DNA of 64,000 nucleotides from Epithemia pelagica (Eukaryota; Protista; Bacillariophyta): the NCBI GenBank assembly GCA_946965045.2, contig OX337229.1:4650001-4714000 (forward strand). Reading direction: 5' to 3'. The translations under genes were made by a program, and so were the position numbers. Shown here piece after piece: positions 12,080 to 23,780 of the stretch (its first letter is position 1; every line of letters begins with the position of its first letter). The notes under the pieces are model-generated. The model searched no databases. It saw only the letters and a list, made by a program, of their open reading frames with translations, and was not told where the DNA came from.

Positions 12080-13196
12080 ATGGTTTTGAGATATCATATT
12101 GTGAATCAATTTAAACAAAGGATGTTTGATGTTTTTGTAATAATCTTGTTCATGGATGGCGTGGGGGCTTTCGGAAACGCGCAAGTGTCTTTCATTGATC
12201 AGCGTCAAGCTCTTTTGGATAAATCCAAGGAGTTGAATCCTCCTTCTTCGCCTTTCACATCGTCGGGCTGGTCGAACCGTCCGGCCACCGTTCTGACCCC
12301 CATAACTGTGGATGGTGTGTACTCGGCCGATCGACCTTTTATATGGAACAAAATTGATGTGGGAGGGCGCATGGCCGTGATTGAGATGCCAACATCCACG
12401 GATGGAAAGCGCGATTTATGGGTCCATTCCCCTGTGGAATTGGACGAACCCCTCAAGGAAGCACTCTCCAAACTAGGAACCGTGAAATATGTTGTCTCGC
12501 CCAACTATGAGCATCTCAAGTATGCAGCTCAGTGGCACGAATCTTTTCCAGATGCCGAAATGTGGGGGTGCCCTGGACTGAAGGTACGGTTTCCACTTTT
12601 GTATTGAAAGAAAACTATGAAAAACACTTTACCTCACAAAAGCACCGCGCCAATAGGAACGCATGCCTCATATTAATTGGACCGGGGAGTTTCCCTTCAA
12701 GCTGCGCCCACCGTCATGGAAGGGTATGGATCAAAACAACGAAGCACTGTCCAAGCTACCTTGGGACGGTGAAGTTCTTCAAGCTATCCACATCGACATG
12801 GAGAGAAACCCATTCACAGGCAAGCCGTTCTTCAATGAAGTAATTTTTTATCATAAGCCAAGCAAATCGTTGATCGTCACTGATCTTTTCTGGAACTATC
12901 CCGCTGATGAGATCCCCAACTCTCAGTTCGAGAAAGACGATACGTGGGACTTGGCACCGCGTGTCAAGATTCCGTTTGGCACGAGTCTGTGGAAGTTTGG
13001 TATGGATAAGATCTACGCTCCTTTTTTCAACAACTTTATGGTTTCGGATCAAACGGCTTATCGCAACGTTTGTAACCATATTAAGAATGAATGGGACATT
13101 GAGAACGTGATTCCTTGTCATGGTGATATTATTCGCGGCCGAGGCCTTGTACAGGAAGCCCTGGGATCTTTCTTCAGAAGTGGATTACAGAGTTAA
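12080..13196 (+). CDS. DUF4336-family (metallo-beta-lactamase-like) protein, probably plastid-targeted; intron 12584-12656
   Basis: GGRMAVIEM...LWVHSP...VKYVVSPNYEH...W...FP..WGCPGL | ERMP...FFNEVIFYHKPSKSLIVTD...WD...VIPCHG. A 73-nt GT-AG intron joins the two track ORFs in frame; N-terminus has a hydrophobic stretch ending VGA-F. Confidence 0.8.
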
Positions 13197-13539
13197 TGGC
13201 TTAGAATACTCTTCACGGCAAATCGAATGCATCACGACGATTCCAAGCTCCTCATTTAGTCAACATCATCACATCTTAATATAAAAACCGAGCTTTTTCT
13301 GTTTGGACAAGGTGGGGAGCGTTAACAGGAAAGGCCGCGAGAAAGTTTTGCCTCAAGAGGACAATCACTAGAATGTGCTTTCCATGAGTAATGAATAAAA
13401 GTCAATTATTTCCGAACATTTAATATAAAGTACTGTTTCTCTTGGAATCTTGGTTCACTCGTAATTTGACAATACAGCAGGAATCAAACTCGACGCATCC
13501 TATTGAACTACCAAGCAAATGCTTCTGGTGTTAGTCCAT

Positions 13540-14679
13540 TTACAGGAGAGAGTTCTTCTTGACGCCAAGGCGTGTGCGAAGATACCACACGTAGAAGGCC
13601 ATGGCAGCAAAGGCCATTGCGAAGATCACAATGAAGGCAGTAGCGACGGCACTAGGGCGAGCATCACTGACATCGAGCAAACCATCGTTGCGGACCATCT
13701 TGATTCCACCCAAGTAGTTGCATGCTTGTTCGTTGATGTATGCTTCTCCAAGAGTGCTTCCCATGTAGGTCTCACACTTTCCAGCGCTGTCGTAAAGATT
13801 AGTACAGACTTCACGGGGTTCCTGTGCTTCCTCGTTTTGGTTGTTGTTATTGTTGTTGTTGCCGTCGTCTTCTTGCCATTCTTCGGGTTGGGCGCAAGTA
13901 ACACAGGTTTCCGAAACAATGGACTCTTCAGTGTACATGTTGTACACGCCGGTAAGATCGTAGAGACTTACTCCCTCGGCGAACTCTGTGCACTGATCAT
14001 CAGTGAACACTCCGATCTTGATGGCTCCTCCTTGTTCCGAGCAGTAGGGTCCGCTGTAGTACGCGACTTCTTCGCCATTGTTGTTCTGATTGTTCTGATT
14101 TTGATTATTATTGGCCTCAATCTGTTTGCACTCCATGAACTCTTGGTAGTTGATTTGTTCTTCCTGTTCTTCTCCGTTTTCGTTGTTGGGGTTGCCTCCT
14201 TCAATACAGTCTTCCCTTCCGTAGGCGGCAGCACAATCCCACAAACAATAGTCCTGATCGTCATTCTCGTCGCATTCACACACGTCGTTCAAAAGCCACT
14301 GGCAGCTGATCTCATCGTCTTCTTCCTTGGCGTTCCAGTACATTTCAAGGTATGTGTCCATGTCTACAATGTAGTCACCGTAGCCAGATTGGCAACCACC
14401 AGCCAAATCAGCTGAGCATGTGTCTGCTGGACAAAGACGAAATCGGACCAAGCGCTTAGTGTAGATTCTGACATCGTCTTGGCCGTTGGCTTCTTGGTTC
14501 CACTGCACGATGTGGTGGCAACCCTGGTACTTGATACTGAAGTCATTCACCCAGGAATAGTCCACTTCTTGGTCATTCAAACGACGAGCTTGGCTAACAA
14601 GCTCAGCGGCCTTGGGGCCTTTCATGGCAACGGCAGAGCCGGCAAGAGTGGAGAGGACAGCAGCGATGGTGAACTTCAT
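13540..14679 (-). CDS. Silicanin-family (Sin1-like) silica deposition vesicle membrane protein
   Basis: Signal peptide, RRL (RXL) propeptide site, 18 Cys counted in the luminal part, N/Q-rich clusters, one C-terminal TM helix and a ~12-aa basic tail (RTRLGVKKNSLL). This matches the silicanin architecture. Confidence 0.8.
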   Translation of the reverse strand: MKFTIAAVLSTLAGSAVAMKGPKAAELVSQARRLNDQEVDYSWVNDFSIKYQGCHHIVQWNQEANGQDDVRIYTKRLVRFRLCPADTCSADLAGGCQSGYGDYIVDMDTYLEMYWNAKEEDDEISCQWLLNDVCECDENDDQDYCLWDCAAAYGREDCIEGGNPNNENGEEQEEQINYQEFMECKQIEANNNQNQNNQNNNGEEVAYYSGPYCSEQGGAIKIGVFTDDQCTEFAEGVSLYDLTGVYNMYTEESIVSETCVTCAQPEEWQEDDGNNNNNNNQNEEAQEPREVCTNLYDSAGKCETYMGSTLGEAYINEQACNYLGGIKMVRNDGLLDVSDARPSAVATAFIVIFAMAFAAMAFYVWYLRTRLGVKKNSLL

Positions 14680-15196
14680 GGTTTCTTGTGGACAACGTTG
14701 AGTATGGATACGTGCTTTTTCCAGCGAAACAACAATATGAACTGAGTCGAAGATCGCAATGCGACAACGTCCGAGCCACTCAACTGCTCTTTCAGCGCGG
14801 CGCCGCTCCTCGCCAAAGCAAATAGAGATTATTATTTATTGGTGGGATCGCTGACTTGGTAGATCAGTATACATTACAGTAGAGTAGTCATTGGATTAAA
14901 GCCAAGGCAGTTTATTTTTTAAGTTACTTAGACCACTGGCGAGTTCAATGATCCGTTGGGCGAACCGAAAAGGGACACGAAAAAGCCACTGCTCACCCGG
15001 AACTTTGGAGCTGCGCACGCAACGCACAACTTGCACCCGCCCCCGGTAGAGCGCCCACCCCTTGAAAACTCCGATGCGGCTCCTAAATTTGTATGGGAGG
15101 AAAGAGCCTGTCCCACTTTCTTGGTTGATCGTTGATGTGTGGGTTTACATCAGACCATGATTGACGACGACGTGCCTTCTTGTACATCCTCCCCAG

Positions 15197-16921
15197 ATGT
15201 CGTCGCAATCATCGGCAAATATTCTGTTTGGGGAATCACCAGTCTTGTCTAGGCGGAAATACGTGAGAATACCGGATGAAAATGGCGAAGGGTCCTTCGA
15301 TAGTGAAGAGGATTACCTTGATCGTGACTACTACGCCTCCATCTTTTCGTGTTGTCAAAACATGGGCAGGTATTTTCTGGGGTTCATGTGCGAAGAAGAT
15401 GGGATTCATCAAGGGAGAACCTTGTCTTCGTTCGAAGACGAATGGGAGATCACGGCGGTGGAATCATCCTCTGAAACGCCATCAATGTGGAATAGTATGA
15501 ACGGTGCCTTGTGCACTTCGCTGGTTCTATCTTCTGCCGCCACTTCGGTTCCTATAGCATTGGTAACTGCTATGACGGACTTTCAGTCTACAAACAATAA
15601 CTTTGTGACAAAGGCAACAGCTGCTGCGGTTTGGGGCACATCCGTGGGAAAGTTTTTGAATGGGTTCATAACCGATTTGATTGGGGCCCGCCGTACCGCT
15701 GTCATTTATGCCACCTTCCTGGCATTCGCCCTAGTACGGCTTGCCTTGACCACAACTCCAGAGTCTGCTATCTGGGCGTGCTTTTGGACTGAGTTTTGCT
15801 CTTCTGTTCAATGGCCAACGGTCGTTGTGACTTTGGCGACCCATTATCGCGGTCATGGAAGTATGTACGAGGGTGGTATTTATTTGGCCGCCTTGGCTGC
15901 CCGCATCGGAAGCTTGGTGGGTATCATTGGGTCTTCATTTCTGCTTGGTTACAACGTACATTGGCGAGCTGTGGCTACTATCGGGGCGTGGATGGCCCTA
16001 CAATCGTCGGCATTTACCTATCTCTATGGTTGGGATGCACCACACCAACGAAATCAGCCACAAAACCCAGTCGACCCCACACTTTGGCGACAATATTTCT
16101 TGTCAAATCGTCCAAACGCGCAGAGTCAACGCTCGAAGAATCCAGCTCCGCTGTCCCCTGTGGTTGTCTTTATTCACTGGATTTTGTTTCTTTTTTCAAC
16201 TGTTGTTTGGCCCTCCGCGAAACATGTCCTTGGAAGCAGTGTTTTTTGGTTGGTCGCTGTCGCACATTCGGGTGCTTCAATGGCCAAGTCTTCTGTGCGG
16301 ATTGTGGGGACTTATTTGGCAGACACAAATAAGAGGGGAGGGAACGGTGACCATGATGGTGATGATGTTCCAGGTTCCCCAACACATGCATCTGGATTGG
16401 CTGTTTTCTTGTCCTTGGGAACGCTGGTTGGATTGATTGTAGCTGGGCACTTTTTTGCGGTCCAATCGGATCATGCTCGGCGACGCAAGTGGCTGATTTC
16501 GAAGCTTTACTTAACCATGATTGCCGCGTGCTATTGCCTGGCGTTTCTGGCTGTTCCTGCTGTTGCGCATCCCCTTGACGACTTGCTTTTGTTTTTTCAA
16601 GTATCGGCTCTTTTCGTCTTGGGAGTTGGCATATCTGTCCCTTACTATCATTTACCTAGCCTGGTAAGCGCCAACTTTCCTCAGCACAAGGCTCTTTTCC
16701 TCAGTCTGACGGAAGGCGTCGCCTATGCCATTGCGGGTTGGTTGTGGAACGTCGTTGGCCGCATTGTCGCTGCGGGGGAAGACGGCTGGTGCTATGGATG
16801 GGCATGTGTCGCTCTTTTACTTATTCTGACGGCGTTCGTCATGGTTGAGTTTCTCGAGCACTATTATTGTCGTCACGAACAACCAGTTGGTGGTACCTAC
16901 GAAACCATTGTATTCGCCTGA
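15197..16921 (+). CDS. Major facilitator superfamily transporter
   Basis: About 12 hydrophobic segments; GKFLNGFITDLIGARR is an MFS motif A variant. First ATG at 15197. Confidence 0.8.
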   Translation: MSSQSSANILFGESPVLSRRKYVRIPDENGEGSFDSEEDYLDRDYYASIFSCCQNMGRYFLGFMCEEDGIHQGRTLSSFEDEWEITAVESSSETPSMWNSMNGALCTSLVLSSAATSVPIALVTAMTDFQSTNNNFVTKATAAAVWGTSVGKFLNGFITDLIGARRTAVIYATFLAFALVRLALTTTPESAIWACFWTEFCSSVQWPTVVVTLATHYRGHGSMYEGGIYLAALAARIGSLVGIIGSSFLLGYNVHWRAVATIGAWMALQSSAFTYLYGWDAPHQRNQPQNPVDPTLWRQYFLSNRPNAQSQRSKNPAPLSPVVVFIHWILFLFSTVVWPSAKHVLGSSVFWLVAVAHSGASMAKSSVRIVGTYLADTNKRGGNGDHDGDDVPGSPTHASGLAVFLSLGTLVGLIVAGHFFAVQSDHARRRKWLISKLYLTMIAACYCLAFLAVPAVAHPLDDLLLFFQVSALFVLGVGISVPYYHLPSLVSANFPQHKALFLSLTEGVAYAIAGWLWNVVGRIVAAGEDGWCYGWACVALLLILTAFVMVEFLEHYYCRHEQPVGGTYETIVFA

Positions 16922-17327
16922 GGCAGTGTACGCACAGGTCATAAGCTCAATGGATGAGTAGGATATACACGAACTTTCTTGATCGTTTTCGCATTTGACT
17001 TTGTCCATCCTTTCTTTCAGGACAAGATTCATGTGCTCCGAAGAAAATTGAACAGATACGAAAATCTTGTTTCTGTTTCTGTTCGGTTGCTATTCCATTA
17101 AAGATGCCTCGTTTTTGGTCTGTTGAATGGTGTCCCTGACCGACTTGTTTCTATGACATCAATGATTTGAGGCCCATTCAGTAAATAGATGTTTAAGCTA
17201 GAGGAAGATCTTTCCGAGTTGACCCGTATGGCTTATGACCATTATCTTATTTCAACGCATCTCACATGATGTAATGGAGACGGCCAAGGGGTATAAAAAA
17301 TTAGTGTGTTGTACATAATGCTTGTAT

Positions 17328-17952
17328 CTAGAACTTCATTAAATGTGGCTTGTCATTTCCTCTGAGGGTGAACAGTGCTGCAAGATATCCCTCCATCATA
17401 TCAATCCCTTTGATTTTTTCCAAAAGAACTGCATCCACTTTCTTTTGATCTGCTTTACGTTGGTCGCTAACGATGGCAGCTTTTGGTGCATCGCCCTTGA
17501 AGAATTCCTCCTCACCTTCTTTAGAGCTATCTTTTGATCGCGCGAAGTAAGCATCATCAATTGAGGAAACGTCGGCTCCAGACACGTCGATTTTGGCACT
17601 GGTCGCAATAACATATGCTTGGTTCACTCGTCTAAGAGGAACGCCATTGATCTTGTAGGGGCCTGATACCAATAACAGCCCCGACGCCAATGCCTTTAGG
17701 AAAACGACACGTTTCCCGCGAAATCGTCCCGCCAGGATGATGAGGATTGTTCCAGGAGTAATCGACTTTCGCAGACGAGGAGGGTTTTGTTTCACAACAA
17801 CATCCTTCTTCTTCGTTGGCTTGACATCCTCAGCAGGATAGTAACGAGGAGTCTTTCCCTGTGGACAAGCAATTCTGGTGAGATGACTGCCACCTAGGGA
17901 TCACGTCATGTTCTACATGAGCTGAGGGATCAGTAGTGACTTCACGTACCAT
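17328..17952 (-). CDS. RPL6: 60S ribosomal protein L6 (eL6); intron 17859-17949 directly after the ATG
   Basis: M|GKTPRYYPAEDV...LRKSITPGTILIILAGRFRGKRVVFLK...VSGPYKINGVPLRRVNQAYVIATS...PHLMKF. Confidence 0.97.
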
Positions 17953-18941
17953 TTTGACAAACAACAAACAAACACAACCGGAAACTCTGGATGCAACGCA
18001 ATCAACAGCTTGGCGGAAGTCCCAGATAGATCTGCGCCGTGAAACCAAATAATAGTAAGAGTGGTACGTGGTAATCGTCTGACCGTGTATCGTGTCTCCC
18101 ACCACCCATTAATTTTTTAAAATTTATGAATGATTTGATTCATGAATATGACGCAACTCGCACGCGCATGGCTGTTCACGGACGTCATGTGCTTGCAAGG
18201 GAGCCTCCGCGTTCCAGAAGCACCGCTCTGCGTGAAAACGCGAGGCATACGCAGAGGCATCACCGACGACAGACAATGGAAATGAAGGCGTGCGCTTTCA
18301 TTTGTCTCATCTAACAGTGACAGCGTTGTTATCATCCCTTTTCCGCCGCAGCGCACCGTAGTGCCTGAGGTTCTACGTCCATTGTCGTTCATAACTCTGG
18401 TCAGCGTGAAAGAGGCCTCGCATATAAATAAACTCCTGACTGTTGAGGTCCAGTGAGTGCGTCTGCATTCAACAGAGTCGCAGATCTCTTTGCTGGACCT
18501 GAAATTCTTTTTGAAATCTACAGTTCCGTGACTACTTCTGACAACTGTCCTGTGACCTTCGACTACAAACACTATTCATATTGCCCTAAGAGTGAGTATA
18601 CAAAAGAAACAGACTCGTGAGAGTCGATATTTCTGAAGTTCTGGAAGGACATTGTTGATCTGCTCCGGTGGTGGGAGGTGTTTCCGTTTTCCGTTAAGGA
18701 TTGGGTTAGACGTTATCTTGCAGTTTGGTGAACACGTGAGGTCGGGTGTGTCGTGCGTGCGAATTTTTGGCTGAAGCGTTATATTGCCAACAGATATGTA
18801 GACGATATTCGTCCCGCCTTGCTCTCCAGATTTGACTGACTTCTTGCACTGTCTGCTCTTCTCACGATTCCCGACTCAGCCGGCCCCGCAGCGATTTTGA
18901 TCGTCTTTGGGGAAATCGAATACAGCAAACAGCCACGCAGC

Positions 18942-21900
18942 ATGATGGTTCTGCATCCAGGCACTGCAACTGAAACACAAGTTGCTCCCAGACCATCAAT
19001 GCAGAAACCAGCATTCCGCCGTCGGAGATCGAAAGGAACGATTGCAGGTTTTGCGTTCGGCAAAAATGATGCGACAAGCACGGCACCGGCGGAAACATTG
19101 AATGGAGGTGAAATTGCTGAACCTGCGGCTGGAGCGCAAGGCAACCCAACTGCACCTGGTTCTCCCACCCAAGCTCAGCACAATGCTGAATCCAACGCAA
19201 CACCTGCTAAGCCATGTCACAATGCCAGGCTAGCCTTAATGTGTGCCCACAATGCAATCAAGATGGGAGCTAGAACACATCTCTATTTGTGTCCACCTGG
19301 GAGGGCACGCCGTGAATTGCAATCATATTTAAGACAACGAGCCCGACTTAAAGTCACCACACCGCCCGGAGCAATAGGAGTCGCCGCTGAAATTGGGGGT
19401 TATTATGGTCTGGATAAAATGATTGGATCGAACTCTGTGGAGGAGTACGAAAACCAAGAGGAGGACTTTCTGATTAGTACGAATACGTTTGTTGTGGATA
19501 GCGAAGAACAGGCTAGCAGCGGAGATGAGGATGATGTAGGAGACGTTGATGACCTTTTTTCGGAAGAACCAATGCCAATTGTAGAGGACAAATACGCCAA
19601 CCTTCGTGAACCTCTATACACACCAGTGGGTTCGGAGTCCTCAATCCCAAATGGAGCTCCGATGTCCTCTGGAGGTAGTAGCGTGCCCGGAAAGTTACCT
19701 TTCAACCGGCGAAAAATTCGTTTCTTCGACTTGGTGACAGCGGACGAAAAACGAGTTGCGCGTAACTACTTGGAGAACGAATTACGGAGATCAAAGACTC
19801 GCGCTGCGCTCACATTATCAAAACATCTGCGCCGCGTTCAGGGTGAAGAAATTCGAAGGAAAAGACAGGAAGAAGGGTCACCGATCGATGACCTTCCAGA
19901 TTGGGATGCTGAGACCCCTGAGGAAAAATTGCTCCTTGCAGGTGTTAGCCAGATTTCGGTGGAAATGAGCCCTGCTCTTGCATCTGCGATGTTGATAGAG
20001 AGCCTTTCTCTTGGCGTTGTAGAGAGTGTTGAAGGTATGGGCAAGTGTTATGACGGCATTGTTGATGCAGGGGTGGCTCTTTTAGAGGCTCACTCTGTAG
20101 ACCCAACGAAACCGCCAAGCACTGATGACAAGGTTCGAGCAACAAGGTCAGAAGTTATGGCCGCGTTGGCACCACTCCTGGTGACATCACTCGAAGAACC
20201 ATCCGGTGAAGTCATCCTGCTTCTAGCCAAATTGAGACGGATGTGTGGTACAAAGAGATATCAAAGGAGATTTGTACAACGAGTAGCGCCGAGCCTTGTT
20301 CGGCCACCTCGTGGTGCGATGTGGTGTTTGAAACACCAAAATGATATGGAAGCAATTCTGGCCGCATGCGAATTAATCTTCGATTCTGCCTTTGATATCT
20401 TCAGCAAAGGATGGTTCGAACGCGGTAGGTGGATGCTTCTCGATTCTAAACGCGCAGAAACATTAGATTCGGCAGCCAAACAACTTAGAAACCTGAGCTC
20501 AGAACCCTCTGATGCCTTGATGCGTGGCTTATCTACCGGACCTCGACGGCGGCTCGTGGGCGGGCCAAAAAAGATGAACAAGGATGCAAAAGGAACAAGC
20601 GAGCCACTTGCTGAGTGGGAAGTTATCGCTGTTGATCGCGAAATTCGGCTTGCCATTTCACATGTTTTGACGAACGATTGGTCTCGCGCAGCGACTCACG
20701 AAACATCACGAAGCTCTCGTCGTGGTGGTGCCTTGTCGCGTCGCGCTAATTCTGTTCTTCCTTCGTCGAGCTCTGATATGAGTCCAAGGGCAATACCGTC
20801 AAGTCCTGGAAGAGGAGGGTCTGGTCTTCCATTGAGAGCACCTCACTCTCCACCCAGCATGCCTACAACGCTTCATTCGGCTGTTCCACCACCAACTCCC
20901 GAAACCATGGAGAATGTGTTTGGGCCTGCATTTTCGAGTCAAAATCTTTCTTCCTCAGAACGCGCTCAGAGCCCACCACCTTCGGTACCAGGTTCTCCAC
21001 CGCTTCCTCAAAGAAAGACTGGGCGAGAGTACCTGGATTCGAAAACCGATAATGGCGTTGACCAGACCGCAATATCTGTTCCAGACCGCTCATCTGCTCA
21101 GAATCACGCACCACCTCCTCTCTCTCCGCGTTCCCCGAAGCACGACAATGAGTTTAACACTGAAACAAGCACAAGTAGGTCGCCGAAACACACCATTTCT
21201 CGACCCCGTGATCCTTCCGTGTCTGCATCAGCTGCTTCGGACAGTCGGAGACCAGCGTCGCCGTCATCCTCTACTCCTCCGTCTGCCGAAATGAACACGT
21301 TTTTGACTCCCGGTGGAGCGTCATCCGGTCTCTCCGGTGCTTCATCAACATCATCAGGTGGCCCCACAACACAGTATCGAACACTCACGTCAACAGCCGC
21401 TGAGAGGAAACGCACGGTTGCGGCATGTCGAGCCCTCAGAGCTCAAATACAGCGTTTCGAGGATGCATTCGTTAAACTTCATGGACGTCCACCCAAGGGT
21501 GCTGCGGAGAGAGCACCATTGGCAACAACCTATGCTCAATATCGGGAATGGAAAAGAGCCATTCGCGCAGATGCGGCATGCCGTATACAAGCTCTCCTTC
21601 GAGGTGCCCGGCTGCGCTTGATCTTGATGCGATCAGGTGACTCTGCTTTCACACGTGTTGTATTGCGCAGAGCCGGTCGCCCGGGCTCGTCCCCTGATTT
21701 GGCCATACCAGCGGATATCGGGAGGTCTGAAATCGAGCGTGGTATCAGTGCAACCTCGTCCACAGAGAGTGGCTTTGGTAGATCCTCAAGTTCTTCGCTT
21801 TCTCCACATTGGACGAGTAGGCAAGTTCGGAATAGGATAAGCGGCGATGATCGGTCCACGGCGGATAGTAGCGTCTCCGAATCGGTTCCGGGTACAAGCG

Positions 21901-22430
21901 TTTCCCCTCCCCCTGTTATGTCTATGGAGTTCGCTGGTCTTTCGCTCAAAGAACTACAGGCGCGAAAACGAGATCTGAAACAACAACTGAAGCAATATGA
22001 TATGGACTTTGCTCGAGTCAATGGTCGAATGCCTGTTAAAGCTGAAAAGGAACCAATACGGCACTTGTATGAAAGTTATAATGCCTTGAAGAGTCAAATA
22101 ACTTACATGGAAAATGAAGGCAGGATGAGTTCTCCGATCAATAATACATCTGCTCAACCAACGGTTTCTCCTCCCTCTGGCCCTGAAAGCAACGACGAAC
22201 CTGAACGTCCGAGACCGAGATTACCCAAGGATTCTCCATCTCAGGATCTCGCATCCTTGAAGGCAGAAAAACAGGAACTACATCAAATGCTACGGTCTTA
22301 CGAGAAAGACTTTTTCAAGAAACACAAACGCCAGGTTTCAAGCTTTGCTGATATTAAACCTGTCGCGCCTCAATATCGAAGGTACAAAGAGATCAAGAAG
22401 GCCATTGCCACCTATCAAAAGGAAAGATAG
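18942..22430 (+). CDS. Large protein with IQ motif and FAM13-like C-terminal helical repeats
   Basis: Three repeats of the K..L...L..YE.DF....GR.P......P....Y..Y...K pattern, with AACRIQALLRGARLR (IQ) after the first. Central Ser/Pro low-complexity region. First ATG 18942. Confidence 0.65.
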   Translation: MMVLHPGTATETQVAPRPSMQKPAFRRRRSKGTIAGFAFGKNDATSTAPAETLNGGEIAEPAAGAQGNPTAPGSPTQAQHNAESNATPAKPCHNARLALMCAHNAIKMGARTHLYLCPPGRARRELQSYLRQRARLKVTTPPGAIGVAAEIGGYYGLDKMIGSNSVEEYENQEEDFLISTNTFVVDSEEQASSGDEDDVGDVDDLFSEEPMPIVEDKYANLREPLYTPVGSESSIPNGAPMSSGGSSVPGKLPFNRRKIRFFDLVTADEKRVARNYLENELRRSKTRAALTLSKHLRRVQGEEIRRKRQEEGSPIDDLPDWDAETPEEKLLLAGVSQISVEMSPALASAMLIESLSLGVVESVEGMGKCYDGIVDAGVALLEAHSVDPTKPPSTDDKVRATRSEVMAALAPLLVTSLEEPSGEVILLLAKLRRMCGTKRYQRRFVQRVAPSLVRPPRGAMWCLKHQNDMEAILAACELIFDSAFDIFSKGWFERGRWMLLDSKRAETLDSAAKQLRNLSSEPSDALMRGLSTGPRRRLVGGPKKMNKDAKGTSEPLAEWEVIAVDREIRLAISHVLTNDWSRAATHETSRSSRRGGALSRRANSVLPSSSSDMSPRAIPSSPGRGGSGLPLRAPHSPPSMPTTLHSAVPPPTPETMENVFGPAFSSQNLSSSERAQSPPPSVPGSPPLPQRKTGREYLDSKTDNGVDQTAISVPDRSSAQNHAPPPLSPRSPKHDNEFNTETSTSRSPKHTISRPRDPSVSASAASDSRRPASPSSSTPPSAEMNTFLTPGGASSGLSGASSTSSGGPTTQYRTLTSTAAERKRTVAACRALRAQIQRFEDAFVKLHGRPPKGAAERAPLATTYAQYREWKRAIRADAACRIQALLRGARLRLILMRSGDSAFTRVVLRRAGRPGSSPDLAIPADIGRSEIERGISATSSTESGFGRSSSSSLSPHWTSRQVRNRISGDDRSTADSSVSESVPGTSVSPPPVMSMEFAGLSLKELQARKRDLKQQLKQYDMDFARVNGRMPVKAEKEPIRHLYESYNALKSQITYMENEGRMSSPINNTSAQPTVSPPSGPESNDEPERPRPRLPKDSPSQDLASLKAEKQELHQMLRSYEKDFFKKHKRQVSSFADIKPVAPQYRRYKEIKKAIATYQKER

Positions 22431-22693
22431 AGTAATCGTGCTATGGCATCCTAGTTAGTGGTCCCTTAGCCAAGCTTATTACAGCGAATTGAAACAACCT
22501 GAAGCAAGAAGCGATGTCCCCTTGAAATAGGAGTATATACTCATGTGTGGAGGGAAGGATATGCTGGCGTCATAGTAGGAGTAGCTCTAGAGGCATTGTA
22601 GCTCAAATATCCCAAAATCCAAACGTGTGCGTTCATGGCACCTTTAATTTTTTTTCATTTTGTTGCTCTGTTGCTCTGGCTTCGTACCATAAG

Positions 22694-23725
22694 ATGAGCG
22701 CTGGTAATCAAGGCACACCACCTGAACCTGACCCGTCGTCGGTTCCAATGGTGCTTCAGGATCTGCACAAGTTCTTATCCTATCGAGCGGGTAGTGATGA
22801 CGAAAAAGGTAGTATTGCGACCGACAAGATGTCTCCGCTCTTTGACATGTCCGCCATGGCTGTCCCAGTGGCCGCAATGAAGGTCCTTTTGGGGGTTGTT
22901 GAAAGAACAGAAGCAGAAACTATGATGCAGCTGCAGGACGAGCTTCGGCAAGCTGCTGATTTGATGATGGAAAGATCGTCAACGGCAACTTCTGGCCGCT
23001 CAAACATCGCCCTTCAATCAGGGTGTGAGCTGTTCTTGAAGTACATCACCAGAACGTTCTTGGAACTCCCAGATTTTGAACAATGTAAAAAAGCAATTCT
23101 GGAAAGAGGTCAGCGATTTCAAACAATAAGCTTGGCAGCTAGAGATAGAATTGCCGCACAGGCATGCGCTTTTGTACCCAAAGATGGCACTGTCCTCACG
23201 CATGGATACTCTCGTGTCGTTGCGAATATTCTTCTTGAGGCAATGAAACAAAACAAGCAATTCGATTTGATTGTTCTTGAAGGTCGCCCAGATTGCGCTG
23301 GTGTAAAAGCAGCTAAGTTCTACGCCGAGGCTGGCATTCCTGTTCGTATCTGTCTAGATTCTGCAATGGGCACAATAATGGAACAAGTGGACGTCGTCTT
23401 GACTGGGGCAGAAGCCATTGCAGAAAATGGGGGTGTGATTAATAAAGTTGGCACCTATACTTTAGCTTGTTGCTCAGCAGCTTGCAACAAGCCGATGTAT
23501 GTGGCTGCAGAATCGTACAAGTTTGCGCGCTTGTATCCTCTTCGGCAGTCTGATCTGCCACTTAATCCAAACAAGCCATCTACGGATGTCGGTGCTACTG
23601 ACATCGCGTACCACAATCCCTCAGTCGACTTCACACCGTCCAAGTTCATTTCGTTGCTGTTTACGGACTTGGGTGTTTTGACGCCGAGTGCCGTTTCGGA
23701 CGAACTTATAAGGCTTTATCAGTAG
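22694..23725 (+). CDS. EIF2B1: Translation initiation factor eIF2B alpha subunit (GCN3)
   Basis: SGCELFLKYITR, VLTHGYSRVV, LEGRPD, VLTGAEAIAENGGVINKVGT, PMYVAAESYKFARLYPL, VDFTP..FISLLFTDLGVLTPSAVSDELIRLY. Confidence 0.95.
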   Translation: MSAGNQGTPPEPDPSSVPMVLQDLHKFLSYRAGSDDEKGSIATDKMSPLFDMSAMAVPVAAMKVLLGVVERTEAETMMQLQDELRQAADLMMERSSTATSGRSNIALQSGCELFLKYITRTFLELPDFEQCKKAILERGQRFQTISLAARDRIAAQACAFVPKDGTVLTHGYSRVVANILLEAMKQNKQFDLIVLEGRPDCAGVKAAKFYAEAGIPVRICLDSAMGTIMEQVDVVLTGAEAIAENGGVINKVGTYTLACCSAACNKPMYVAAESYKFARLYPLRQSDLPLNPNKPSTDVGATDIAYHNPSVDFTPSKFISLLFTDLGVLTPSAVSDELIRLYQ

Positions 23726-23780
23726 TTGTTGTCCAGGAAATAGCATCCAATTTGTTTGTGACACATTTATGAACCCCTGC

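Noticed and set aside
17859-17949. Intronic snoRNA in RPL6
   Set aside because: The 91-nt intron has only a small hairpin and no clear C/D or H/ACA boxes.
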